Shown: positions 1 to 9,195, numbered from the stretch's first letter. The stretch: DNA of 32,000 bases from Candidatus Heimdallarchaeota archaeon (GCA_030149205.1 JASBSB010000007.1:510001-542000), one strand, 5' to 3'. Numbers and translations are program-made. Notes: generated by a model from the sequence alone, not told the origin.

Positions 1-708
1 GAATCCAGCGTTCATCTGAACAGTCTGCCCAAATGAATGAAAGAGTGGAAGGGTCACTAAATGCACATCATTTGACGTAGCACTGAATAATCCCATACAC
101 TCCATCGCGTTCAAGTAAATATTGTAATGGCTGAGTTCTGCTCCCTTTGGTTGTCCTGTTGTTCCAGAGGTATAAAGTATTACAGCAGTATCGAAGGGTT
201 CAGTATCTACTGAAGAATATGCGGGAGATTGACCTTGCATCAACATATCAAGGGTCTCTACACCCTCAATTGGAGATTGCATACCAGGTGGTGTTATAAT
301 CCAAAAGTTTTCACATGTATCAACCTCTTTAAAGCCAGCGTATCCCTCTTGTGCCATTGGAAGCACTTCTGTCCCTATGAAGCAGAAATATGCCTTAGCT
401 TCTGAGTCTTTCAGGTGATAGGCCACCTCTCTTCTTTTGAAAAGTACATTTAGAGGTACGACAGTTGCACCTGTCTTTAAAATTGCATAATAAACCATTG
501 GGAAATATGGGAGGTTTAGACATGATAGCGCAATTTTATCACCTTTCCCAAATCCTTTGGCTTGTAAAGCATTTGCAATCATGTTTGACACAGCATTTAA
601 TTTTGCATATGACATTCTTGTCTCTCCAAAAACAACCGCTGTTTTTTGAGGGTAGTCTCTGGCAGATTGTTCTAATACCATCGCTAAATTTAACTTATTA
701 ACTGACAT
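1..708 (-). CDS. fadD: Long-chain fatty acid-CoA ligase (AMP-binding, FadD/LcfB-like), N-terminal part; runs off the left edge
   Basis: Manual translation from ATG at 708 gives MSVNKLNLAMVLEQSARDYPQKTAVVFGETRMSYAKLN...DTAVILYTSGTTGQPKGAELSH...LPLFHSFGQTVQMNAGF. Contains the AMP-binding signature YTSGTTGxPKG and is open to position 1. Not in the ORF track. Confidence 0.93.
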   Translation of the reverse strand, partial: MSVNKLNLAMVLEQSARDYPQKTAVVFGETRMSYAKLNAVSNMIANALQAKGFGKGDKIALSCLNLPYFPMVYYAILKTGATVVPLNVLFKRREVAYHLKDSEAKAYFCFIGTEVLPMAQEGYAGFKEVDTCENFWIITPPGMQSPIEGVETLDMLMQGQSPAYSSVDTEPFDTAVILYTSGTTGQPKGAELSHYNIYLNAMECMGLFSATSNDVHLVTLPLFHSFGQTVQMNAGF

Positions 709-792
709 GAACGATGATAACCTCGTGTACTTTTATACTTGTTTGGTGGCTTATCTCCAATTAACAAAAATCTTAAGAAAAATTAGGAAATT

Positions 793-1056
793 CTAGTCAT
801 CTAGGTCATTACTTGAAAATCCTTTTCTGTTTCCAAATATCAGATCTAGGAAAGAGTCACATTGACTACATGAGAGAACGTACACAGGAATTGGTTGTTG
901 AAATTCCTTAGCTCTCTCAAACAAGCCTTGGAAAAACTTAGGCATGAATTGTAATGTACGATCCATGATTTCATAAAATGAATCGTCTATTTGCGAAATG
1001 TATTGAGCTGACAATTTTATTCTAAGAGTTGATTTACAGTGGGGACATATGGTCAT
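793..1056 (-). CDS. Small hypothetical protein with split zinc-ribbon-like CxxC pairs
   Basis: 87 aa; CPHC at the N-terminus and CSQC about 55 aa later; same strand as its neighbours. Confidence 0.65.
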   Translation of the reverse strand: MTICPHCKSTLRIKLSAQYISQIDDSFYEIMDRTLQFMPKFFQGLFERAKEFQQPIPVYVLSCSQCDSFLDLIFGNRKGFSSNDLDD

Positions 1057-1126
1057 GTCGTCATCTCCAATTTATTTCTAAAATAACTTTTCTACTATTA
1101 AATCACTATAAGTTAAATTTCATTAT

Positions 1127-1792
1127 TTATCGTCTGCTTATCTTCAATAGCTCATGCTCTTTGGAGAGCAGGTCTCCCTCATTATTGTAGTGACTTAAAT
1201 CATTTATAGTCTTGATGTAATTGGTTCCATCCTCCATTGTACTTAGTATACTAAGACTGCAATTATCTATTCTAATATCAAGCTTAGACTTTTGCTCATC
1301 AGTTAAGCCTAGCCAATTGTGAATAATTGACACACTTGTCTGTGAGTGTGAAACTATGATTCCCGTCTCTTCATTTCTATCTTTGAGCGTTTCCATGAAC
1401 TTAATAATCCTTCTATCAAACTCTCTCCAGGTCTCAGATGCTGGATATGGTCTCCAATCCAAAATAGGGTGTGATTTAATTGCCTTGATCTTTAGTGCAT
1501 CCTCTCTGGACATATCTTCTGCAACTCCTTGAGAAATCTCTCTAAGTAAGGGTTCATACACCAAAGGAACCTGCAACCTGTTCATTATGATCTCTGCTGT
1601 TTGTGCAGATCTTTTAATATCACTGGAAAGAATAACTGCATCATTTGAAACTATATCTGATAATCTTTTTGCTAGGTGCTGTGCCTGTTTAATTCCAAGC
1701 TCTGTTAGCTCAGCATCACTCCATCCTCCCACGAAGCTTTCTGCCTGATGTCTGCCTTCACCATGTCTGATTAAAATCAGATTTCTTAACAC
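1127..1792 (-). CDS. Histidine phosphatase family protein (phosphoglycerate mutase-like)
   Basis: LIRHG catalytic motif, SSDIKRSAQTA, LREISQG, IVSH, and a C-terminal INDLSH typical of the family; GTG start. Confidence 0.92.
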   Translation of the reverse strand: MLRNLILIRHGEGRHQAESFVGGWSDAELTELGIKQAQHLAKRLSDIVSNDAVILSSDIKRSAQTAEIIMNRLQVPLVYEPLLREISQGVAEDMSREDALKIKAIKSHPILDWRPYPASETWREFDRRIIKFMETLKDRNEETGIIVSHSQTSVSIIHNWLGLTDEQKSKLDIRIDNCSLSILSTMEDGTNYIKTINDLSHYNNEGDLLSKEHELLKISRR

Positions 1793-1947
1793 AATTCTTC
1801 AAACATTCTTTGATTGAAAACAATTATCAAAGAGGTTATCTCTATATGCTTTCATCCCAAATAGGTTTAATTACGAGTTTAATTCTATGAAAATGAAAAA
1901 CTGAGAATAAACATTTTTGTATGATATTCAATTCACCTTGTTCCTGT

Positions 1948-1984
1948 ATGCCCTATATTATTTCGTCTTTAAACCCTAGGGCAT
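1948..1984. other. 8-bp inverted repeat (possible terminator hairpin or protein-binding site) downstream of the DJ-1 gene
   Basis: ATGCCCTA (1948-1955) and TAGGGCAT (1977-1984) with a 21-nt spacer; GC-richer than the surrounding intergenic DNA. Confidence 0.35.
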
Positions 1985-2041
1985 TCTTTTTAGGTTCCCG
2001 AATTTTTTGAAGAAATAACAGTAGTCGTTTAATTGTTGTTG

Positions 2042-2626
2042 TTACTTTCCTGAATATTCCAAAGTCTCTTCAACCCTTTTAGCAATATCTTCCCCGTAAA
2101 TTTTCCTGATGAAATAGATAGTTAGGTCAATTCCAGCTGTTATCCCTCCTGCAGTTATAAGCGTCTCATTGTCAAGATATCTCTTGTCTGAAATCAATGT
2201 TATTTGTGGAAACCGATCTCTAAATTCTTGATGTCTGCTGTGGTGTGTTGTCATTGGAAAATCGTTGTATAGACCAGATGTTGCTGCAACAAAGGATCCC
2301 GTACAAACAGTCAACACAGTTTCAATTGACTCGTGATTGGCTTTAAGAAAATCTATTTCCACAGACTTCTTTTTTAGCTGTCTAGCCCCCGCACCGCCAG
2401 GAATTATCAGATGTGTATATTTTATGTTATCTGAGAACTGTTTGTCTGGGATAACTTTCATCCCTCCAAAACATCGAACTGGTGACATGTTTTTTGCAAC
2501 CAAATAAACCTCGAACAGCTTCTTTCCAGTTTCATCATTGGCAACAATTAATGTTTCATATGGGCCAACAAAGTCTAATGGTTCAACATCATCAAAGAGC
2601 AAGATTCCTACAATAGGGATATCCAT
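2042..2626 (-). CDS. DJ-1/PfpI family protein (ThiJ/InhA-like)
   Basis: LFDDVEPLDFVGPYE, LIIPGG, nucleophile-elbow Cys in TVCTGS, TTH, ITAGGITAGIDL. Confidence 0.92.
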   Translation of the reverse strand: MDIPIVGILLFDDVEPLDFVGPYETLIVANDETGKKLFEVYLVAKNMSPVRCFGGMKVIPDKQFSDNIKYTHLIIPGGAGARQLKKKSVEIDFLKANHESIETVLTVCTGSFVAATSGLYNDFPMTTHHSRHQEFRDRFPQITLISDKRYLDNETLITAGGITAGIDLTIYFIRKIYGEDIAKRVEETLEYSGK

Positions 2627-2637
2627 AAAGCTGTTTT

Positions 2638-2669
2638 CTGTGAGGTCATATTAATTTATCTACTCACAG
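2638..2669. promoter_or_regulatory. Inverted repeat flanking the probable TATA box of the DJ-1 gene
   Basis: CTGTGAG (2638-2644) and CTCACAG (2663-2669) bracket an AT-rich TATA-like element (TAAATTAA on the minus strand) roughly 30 nt upstream of the ATG at 2626. Confidence 0.4.
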
Positions 2670-3109
2670 TACCCTGATTTAATAAAATTGTCAATAGACA
2701 ATCCAGTATTATGTTCTCTGAACCACTCCTCAATAATTTTTATATTCCTAAATTATTTTCTGAGTTCACTAACATTGAGTGTTTTTTGAGAGATGAGGAA
2801 AATCCAACCCGTATTTGATTATATCATTTTTCTCTATTGGTAGATATTCAATTTATTCTTAATTTGATTGAAAAACTAATATAAAGTGTTTGTACCTTGA
2901 TTGAAATGAATTTTCTAACTTTATTCCTTTAGGAAAATAACAAATAAACAATTCAAACCCTTTAATTCTCTTGTTTAGTTAACCAATCTACCTTATTTTA
3001 AAGCAGTTATGAGTAAAGTTCAGAGTACTTAACAGCAAATCGATCAGACCTGAGATGAAAATTGTAGAAATCAGTATTTCCCCCTTGAAAATTTAGTAAA
3101 AATTCACAA

Positions 3110-3157
3110 TTTCAATGAATATTTAAATATAGCATTGAAAATATATATTATTCAATG
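3110..3157 (+). promoter_or_regulatory. vapBC promoter with palindromic operator
   Basis: TTTCAATG (3110-3117) and CATTGAAA (3133-3140) enclose the perfect palindrome ATATTTAAATAT (3119-3130), which contains the TATA box TTTAAATA; a third TTCAATG (3151-3157) overlaps the start codon. Confidence 0.65.
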
Positions 3158-3391
3158 GCTACCGCTACACTCACAAAGAATGGTATGATAAATCTCCCCA
3201 TTGAAATACGAAAAAAACTTAAGTTAAAGTCTGGTGATAAAATTACCTTTATCGACACTGATGATGGTATTCTTATATTACCACTACTAAAATTGTCTGA
3301 CTTGGTCGATCCTAAAAATAAAGAAATCACGATTCAAATGGTAAAGGAACTTACTGCAGAACATAAATTAGATGCAGCTAAAGGGAGATGA
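3155..3391 (+). CDS. vapB: AbrB/MazE/SpoVT-family antitoxin (VapB-like)
   Basis: ATLTKNGMINLPIEIRKKLKLKSGDKITF swapped-hairpin signature; directly upstream of a PIN gene. Confidence 0.9.
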   Translation: MATATLTKNGMINLPIEIRKKLKLKSGDKITFIDTDDGILILPLLKLSDLVDPKNKEITIQMVKELTAEHKLDAAKGR

Positions 3392-3791
3392 TTTAATAAA
3401 GTCTTATGTACTTGACACTGGAACGATCTTTCTTTACTTTATTGATCATCAAGCCGTGTCTTTAATCATTAACGAAATTGAATCAAAGAGCTCAAAAGGA
3501 TATATACCGCAATTGGTATTCTGTGAAATTTTTTACAAAACCCAACAAAAATTTGGTAAAAGCACTGCCTACCTTAGAAGTAAAATTATAAGAGAATCTT
3601 CGATTAATGAATATATCTTAAATGAAAAAGATACGTATAGGGTCGGGGAGGCAAAATCGAAATATCCCTTTCTTTCTATTATTGATGCAGTTATCTTTGC
3701 TACAGCAATAGCAACTAAATCTACACTTGTTACAACAGACAGCGATTTCTTAAAAATAAAAGGATTGAAAGTTAAAAAGATTAAATTCTAG
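3372..3791 (+). CDS. vapC: PIN-domain toxin (VapC-like ribonuclease); start uncertain (ATG 3372 or ATA 3396)
   Basis: YVLDT, FCEIF, IIDA and TTDSDF supply the acidic PIN active-site residues; coupled to the antitoxin gene. Confidence 0.9.
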   Translation: MQLKGDDLIKSYVLDTGTIFLYFIDHQAVSLIINEIESKSSKGYIPQLVFCEIFYKTQQKFGKSTAYLRSKIIRESSINEYILNEKDTYRVGEAKSKYPFLSIIDAVIFATAIATKSTLVTTDSDFLKIKGLKVKKIKF

Positions 3792-3925
3792 GGTTCAGAA
3801 ATGAATACAATGGGATAAAGAAAGTGGAAATCCAGTATTTTTCTATTCATATTTCGGGTACTCATTTAAAGATTCGTCATTTCCTCACCCGATAGCTTTT
3901 TGAGAGACTAAGTTAAGCTTAATCA

Positions 3926-5554
3926 ATGATGTTAAAAAACGTGACCTATCTTGATACAATCAGTGGGAAATATGTAACTGGTAAACAAATAAAGTTTCAA
4001 GATGGAGTAATTATTTCAATCACAGACAATAAAGAAGGAGACGGAATTGATTGCAAGGGAAAATTTGTTCTACCTGGTTTAATTGATTCACATATCCATT
4101 TTTTTCAAAGTGCTGGATTATATACCAGGCCAGATGGCTTAGACCTTCGTCATATAAAAAGCTATGAAAATGAAATTAAAGAAATTAGAGAGAACATTCC
4201 CTCACTCTTTAGAAGATACCTGGCTTGTGGGGTAACTGGTGTGGTGGATTGTGGTGGGCCCTTCTGGAACTTCGAGGTTTTAGATGAATCAAGGAGATTG
4301 CTCTCACCCAAGGTTGCAGTTGCAGGTCCTTTAATTTCCACAGTTCCAAGAGAGAAGCTGGATATTGGAGACCCACCTATCATTCAAGCAACCTCTATAG
4401 AACATGCAAAAGAATTGGTAAAGGAATGTGTCACTCGAAAACCAAAATTTGTGAAAATCTGGTTTATTTATAGAGAAGAAGAGTTTGAGACTGATTCCAA
4501 GATTATTCAAGGGACGATTGAAGAAATTCATCGTCTTGGCTTTAAGGCAGCAGTCCATGCAACAGAATTAGAAACCGCAAAGAGAGCGGTAAAATTCGGG
4601 GCTGATATACTAGTACATAGTGTCTTTAATGAAGATGTTGATGATGAGTTTGTAGAACTTGTTGTTAAGAATAGAGTAATCTACATTCCAACACTAATGG
4701 TAAGAAATGGTTACAGAGATGTATATCGTACTCGCATGAAGCTTAGCGAATTTGAACAAATTTGGGGAGATGCCAAGGTAATCGCCTCATGGAGAGACCT
4801 GATGGTACTTCCAGAAAACCAAATTCCAGAGGCATATCGGCCATTAAGGAGGGAATATGATAAAACTCCACAAAATCTTCTTGATTCTGCATATTACAAT
4901 CTACGTAGATTATATAATGCAGGGGCAATCATCGCAACTGGGACTGATGCAGGAAATGTTGGGACACTACATGGGCCATCCCTTCACACGGAGATGAAAA
5001 TGATGGTTGAGGCGGGAATGACTCCCAAGGATGTAATTCTTGCAACAACCATAAGAGGGGCTCAATTAATTGGTGGTGGAGGGTTCATAGGGGAAGGGGC
5101 TTCAGCAGATCTAATAATCTTAGATTCAGACCCTACTGTGAATATCAATGCAATTGATCAAATAAACAGTGTCATTATAGAGGGTAAATTATTTAAACCA
5201 TATGAGCTTATTACACCCACAACAAGAGAATCACTCATTACTTCACTCTTTGTAGCTATTAATGATAAGAAGATGGAACAGATCCTTGCCCACTTTCATC
5301 CTCGTGTCTTGGTAAGAGATTTTAGAACTCGAGAAATACTTTACTCTGGAATTGATGCATTAAAGAACAGCTTTGAAGCTACCTTTACCATGAAGCCCAC
5401 GATAAAACAAAAGGTAGGATCTATGTTTTCATTCAAGGATCTGGTTATAGTGAAAGAACTGCTTACACAGGAAAATAAGTCAATAACAGAACTTCTTAGT
5501 GTCTATAAGGTAGAAAATCATCTGATTACAGAGCTCTTGATAACGAATAAATGA
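3926..5554 (+). CDS. Metal-dependent amidohydrolase with a C-terminal SnoaL/NTF2-like domain
   Basis: PGLIDSHIH (HxH), FVKIW, AVHA, LVHS and GTDAG are metal-site motifs. The extra ~110-aa tail (AINDKKMEQILAHFHPRV...YSGIDALKNSF...VYKVENHLITEL) has an NTF2/SnoaL pattern. Confidence 0.85.
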   Translation: MMLKNVTYLDTISGKYVTGKQIKFQDGVIISITDNKEGDGIDCKGKFVLPGLIDSHIHFFQSAGLYTRPDGLDLRHIKSYENEIKEIRENIPSLFRRYLACGVTGVVDCGGPFWNFEVLDESRRLLSPKVAVAGPLISTVPREKLDIGDPPIIQATSIEHAKELVKECVTRKPKFVKIWFIYREEEFETDSKIIQGTIEEIHRLGFKAAVHATELETAKRAVKFGADILVHSVFNEDVDDEFVELVVKNRVIYIPTLMVRNGYRDVYRTRMKLSEFEQIWGDAKVIASWRDLMVLPENQIPEAYRPLRREYDKTPQNLLDSAYYNLRRLYNAGAIIATGTDAGNVGTLHGPSLHTEMKMMVEAGMTPKDVILATTIRGAQLIGGGGFIGEGASADLIILDSDPTVNINAIDQINSVIIEGKLFKPYELITPTTRESLITSLFVAINDKKMEQILAHFHPRVLVRDFRTREILYSGIDALKNSFEATFTMKPTIKQKVGSMFSFKDLVIVKELLTQENKSITELLSVYKVENHLITELLITNK

Positions 5555-5611
5555 ATTTTATATTGGTGTTAAAGAGTTCTTTTTTTCCTCCAAACTTAGT
5601 ATTGTTAAAAA

Positions 5612-6523
5612 TTACATTTGGTTAATTTCAGGTATTAGCTCTATGGCATTTGGATAAAATGATTGAACAACAAACCTAAATGATGTTTCGGTTTGTATAA
5701 TGTTGGGCGATTCAAGTATTTTAAAATTATCAATGACATTATCCTCAGGAGCGTTTTGACTCCTTAAGAAAACAAAATCATCAAACAAAGGTACTGCATA
5801 AATTTCTCTGGTTAGTTGAGTGACTGTCTGTGGAAGATTTTTCTTTACTATAAAATACAATTGGTCTAGCAGATACACTATGCTCTTGGGGTTTTCAACA
5901 TTTTCAGCTGTGATAGGAAAAATTATTTTGTCAGAATTCAAGTAATCATTGTATGCTTCTTTATCATAATATTTGGATCTATCCGATCCCGTGTCAGGGT
6001 CTAAAATCAAAACATTTTTATTTTTCAGGTTTTCAAAACTTACAATAACATGCGGCAATTGTGTTAGAGTGGAATTGATGAAAATTCCATGGATGCATTT
6101 ATCTAACACCTGTGAGAATAAACTTAGAGTTTTTCTGTCATACAAAACAAGCGAACTGTTCCATAATAAACCACTTACACCTAACTCCACGGTCATATTA
6201 TTCACAATTCTGCTGTACACCTTTGCAGTAAAACATAATGGACAAAAAGTTATAGCCACGGGTTCACCCTGAACATCAAAATTCACCACTTCATGATAAT
6301 TTAAAATTTTAAGTGGAACAGCATAGTCTGTGTCTCTGATTTTGGTTAGGATAAATTTGTCATTTGCAGAATACATGTTAGCAGCTTGTTTGAAATTTAA
6401 CCATTTTGGATTATCTATCGATGGGATACAGTCTGGTTTGGAACACCCCGGAACTAATGTTTTTAGATTTGGTGGGTTAGTCTCTCGAAAATAAGGAAAA
6501 TCTTCTAAAGTTGGCTTTCTCAT
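5612..6523 (-). CDS. DUF3179-family protein with a CxxC motif
   Basis: IPSIDNPKW, PLKILNYHEVVN, TFCPLC, GVSGLLWNSSLVLYDRKT and a C-terminal FYP match the DUF3179 pattern; no signal peptide. Confidence 0.8.
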   Translation of the reverse strand: MRKPTLEDFPYFRETNPPNLKTLVPGCSKPDCIPSIDNPKWLNFKQAANMYSANDKFILTKIRDTDYAVPLKILNYHEVVNFDVQGEPVAITFCPLCFTAKVYSRIVNNMTVELGVSGLLWNSSLVLYDRKTLSLFSQVLDKCIHGIFINSTLTQLPHVIVSFENLKNKNVLILDPDTGSDRSKYYDKEAYNDYLNSDKIIFPITAENVENPKSIVYLLDQLYFIVKKNLPQTVTQLTREIYAVPLFDDFVFLRSQNAPEDNVIDNFKILESPNIIQTETSFRFVVQSFYPNAIELIPEINQM

Positions 6524-6586
6524 GTTTTATTTTATTATAAAGTTATTAAATACGCTTGTTTTTTAGAAACCTACCTGAATAGAGCT

Positions 6587-8308
6587 TTATGCCGTTTCAT
6601 CAACTTTTATGTATTCCAATCTGTCTGAGAGGAGATAGGTTGTGATCATAAACAAAATTGTCCCAAGCGTGAGCCACACCATTCCATAGTCTGCGACCAA
6701 CCATGATTTCTTTAAGACAATGAGGACTGGATTGAATAGCCCAAATATACCTTGAGCTGGAATGGATGGGATACTAGAGGTTGAACTCATCAAAGAGGTG
6801 AGAAATTGTAACAATGAACCTATAATAATCAATCTTCCTAACCAGATTCCATATTTTGGAACTAAAAACCCAATCGTGGCACTGAGGAATGTTAAAAATG
6901 CATAAAAAATCATCATGCTGAACAGGGCAACAATTTCCCATCCAAGAACTGGTGTTTTCCCCAAACCATATTCCGAAAGAGCCAGAAAGATTACCATTAA
7001 TATAATTATATACAGAAGTTCAGCAAGAACAGCGAAGGATCTTTGAAGAATAAGGGATCTTTTACTAATGTTGAGAGAGCCCGTGATATCACCAGATTCA
7101 GCATCAACTTCTCTTGCAACAATTTTTTTACCCCAAATTATAGCTAGTGGGAGCATATAAATCCAATGAGCACCATAAGTGTTCAAAGCGATAAATCCAA
7201 AGTAAGGGTGATTAACCAAATTTTCACCGTACAGTATAACCCTAAAGATTCCTCCAGAGCTAAATCCACCTAATAGTTTTTGTGAGGCGGCGTCACCTGG
7301 ATAAGCAAAAATTTGTAAGGGAAAAATTACTATGATTACAAAGAGCATTACCATCAAACCACGTGCTTCAGAATAAACAAAATCACTAAAGAAGGGATAT
7401 CGCTTTTCGAAGGGTCTTGCCCAAAAGGTGAAGATGCTTGTTCTACCACTCTTGGAAGACTTTCTTTCACCCTTATGTAGGCTAAACCTTAATCTTCTAG
7501 GAATAATGTTTCTTGAGATTCCTTTAACTAGATCTTTGTGTAGGTACATATAATATGTAAGGAGAAGAAGAACAGGAATAAGGATATAGAATTTTTCCAA
7601 TGTTTGTGCTGCATATTTTTTTTCTAGGAGTATAGAGCTCGCATCAAACCAAAGTAAGGGATTAAAATCTTTCAAGCTTTTATTACTTGGAGAGCTATTT
7701 GCAATCAACTGTAGTCCATAAAGTAAAATAGCAACCATCGAACCCCAAAGCTGAGCAGAACTAACTGTTCCTTCTTTAGCACCAAAAATCATTCCGATTC
7801 CCACACCAACCAATGCAAGTAAGGTTTGGTCAACAAACAGCATAAAAACCTTTTCTGAGGGAAGTGTTGTACCTACTATTGGGAAATTCCAAGGAAATAC
7901 AGTTACTGCTGACACAATTATAGTATAAAATACAACGACGATAAGTTTCGCAATATAATCCTCAGTTCTTGAAATTGGAAGCGAATAATAAAGCTCTGAA
8001 GTTCTTTTTTCTGTCTCGTAGAGAACCCCTCTAGCTCCTAATATAATTGATATGATAAACACCAAAATTGACATGAATGGAATTGAAAAGAGTGCCCAGA
8101 GAGTAAATCCTCCTGCATTACCTAAACTCCCAAAGAATATCTGCACTGCAGGATTTTTTAACAGATCAACAAATGCCTGCATTGCTGCTTTCCCCGGATA
8201 GATTGTAATGAACAAAATAGTTGTAAAGAGTGCAACTATGCTCCAGATCATAGAAAATTTAAATTGAAGTCTTGCCTCTTTGAACAGCATCCAAAGGAAT
8301 TTTTTCAT
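6587..8308 (-). CDS. ABC-2-type exporter permease with two fused tandem halves
   Basis: Two similar multi-TM blocks (IYPGKAAMQAF...LSLPISR and AYPGDAASQKL...LNISKR) joined by a basic linker; TAATG overlap with the ATPase gene. Confidence 0.85.
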   Translation of the reverse strand: MKKFLWMLFKEARLQFKFSMIWSIVALFTTILFITIYPGKAAMQAFVDLLKNPAVQIFFGSLGNAGGFTLWALFSIPFMSILVFIISIILGARGVLYETEKRTSELYYSLPISRTEDYIAKLIVVVFYTIIVSAVTVFPWNFPIVGTTLPSEKVFMLFVDQTLLALVGVGIGMIFGAKEGTVSSAQLWGSMVAILLYGLQLIANSSPSNKSLKDFNPLLWFDASSILLEKKYAAQTLEKFYILIPVLLLLTYYMYLHKDLVKGISRNIIPRRLRFSLHKGERKSSKSGRTSIFTFWARPFEKRYPFFSDFVYSEARGLMVMLFVIIVIFPLQIFAYPGDAASQKLLGGFSSGGIFRVILYGENLVNHPYFGFIALNTYGAHWIYMLPLAIIWGKKIVAREVDAESGDITGSLNISKRSLILQRSFAVLAELLYIIILMVIFLALSEYGLGKTPVLGWEIVALFSMMIFYAFLTFLSATIGFLVPKYGIWLGRLIIIGSLLQFLTSLMSSTSSIPSIPAQGIFGLFNPVLIVLKKSWLVADYGMVWLTLGTILFMITTYLLSDRLEYIKVDETA

Positions 8309-9195
8309 TATATCTCCCCCTTTTGGTAGATTGGTAAAAAGTAATTTTCAAGACTGGGTTGCGGGATGTAAAACTTCACGACTCCTGATAGTTTTTCAAT
8401 CTCGTGTGTTATATTGAACGGGCTACCTTCAAAAAACACAGTAGCTTTTGTCTTATCTGATTTTACCTTGGTTACATTGGGTAAGCCTTCAAGGCTTGAA
8501 ACAGGGATCTCTCCCTCAAATTCAATAATAGCGGACTGTGGAACCTTTTCAAGCAATGAATCAATGTTTCCAGAACTGACTATCTCTCCCTCTTTTATAA
8601 CTGTTGCTTGGTCACAGACCTGTTGAACTTCAGAAAGTAGGTGTGAGGAGAAAAATATAGTATGCCCCTCACTTACATATTCCTTCATAAAATGAAGAAA
8701 TTCTTCCTGCATCAAAGGATCCAATCCGGTGGTTGCTTCATCAGCAATCACAATTTCGGGTCTGTGCATAAAAGCCTGAACAATTCCGACTTTTTGTCTG
8801 TTTCCTCTGCTTAGATCCTTTGTGAGCTTCTTTCCATCTAAATCAAACCTGTTCATCAGTTCAGCTTTCAGAGGTGCGCCTCCACGTATTGAAGCAATAA
8901 AGTTTAGATATTCGTCTACTGTATAATAAGGGTAGAGTTCAAAATCAGAGGGAAGATAAGATACTAATTTTTTAGCCTTCATTGACCCTATTTGATTTCC
9001 CATAATTGTTGCACTCCCTGATGTTGGTTTTAAGATTCCTACTAAAATTCTAATTGTTGTGGTCTTCCCAGCACCATTAGGTCCTAGAAACCCATGGATT
9101 GTACCCTTTTCAACATTTAGAGTCACGTTGTTTATCCCAAGGTCATTTCCATAGAACTTGGTTAATTTATCGATAGATATAACATGCTCAGTCAT
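8308..9195 (-). CDS. ABC transporter ATP-binding protein
   Basis: GPNGAGKTT Walker A, LSRGNRQK signature, IADEATTGLD Walker B, SSH switch. Confidence 0.95.
   Translation of the reverse strand: MTEHVISIDKLTKFYGNDLGINNVTLNVEKGTIHGFLGPNGAGKTTTIRILVGILKPTSGSATIMGNQIGSMKAKKLVSYLPSDFELYPYYTVDEYLNFIASIRGGAPLKAELMNRFDLDGKKLTKDLSRGNRQKVGIVQAFMHRPEIVIADEATTGLDPLMQEEFLHFMKEYVSEGHTIFFSSHLLSEVQQVCDQATVIKEGEIVSSGNIDSLLEKVPQSAIIEFEGEIPVSSLEGLPNVTKVKSDKTKATVFFEGSPFNITHEIEKLSGVVKFYIPQPSLENYFLPIYQKGEI

Noticed and set aside
6233-6244. Possible selenocysteine in the DUF3179 CxxC
   Set aside because: Both Cys codons are TGT, there is no in-frame TGA, and the ORF ends in TAA
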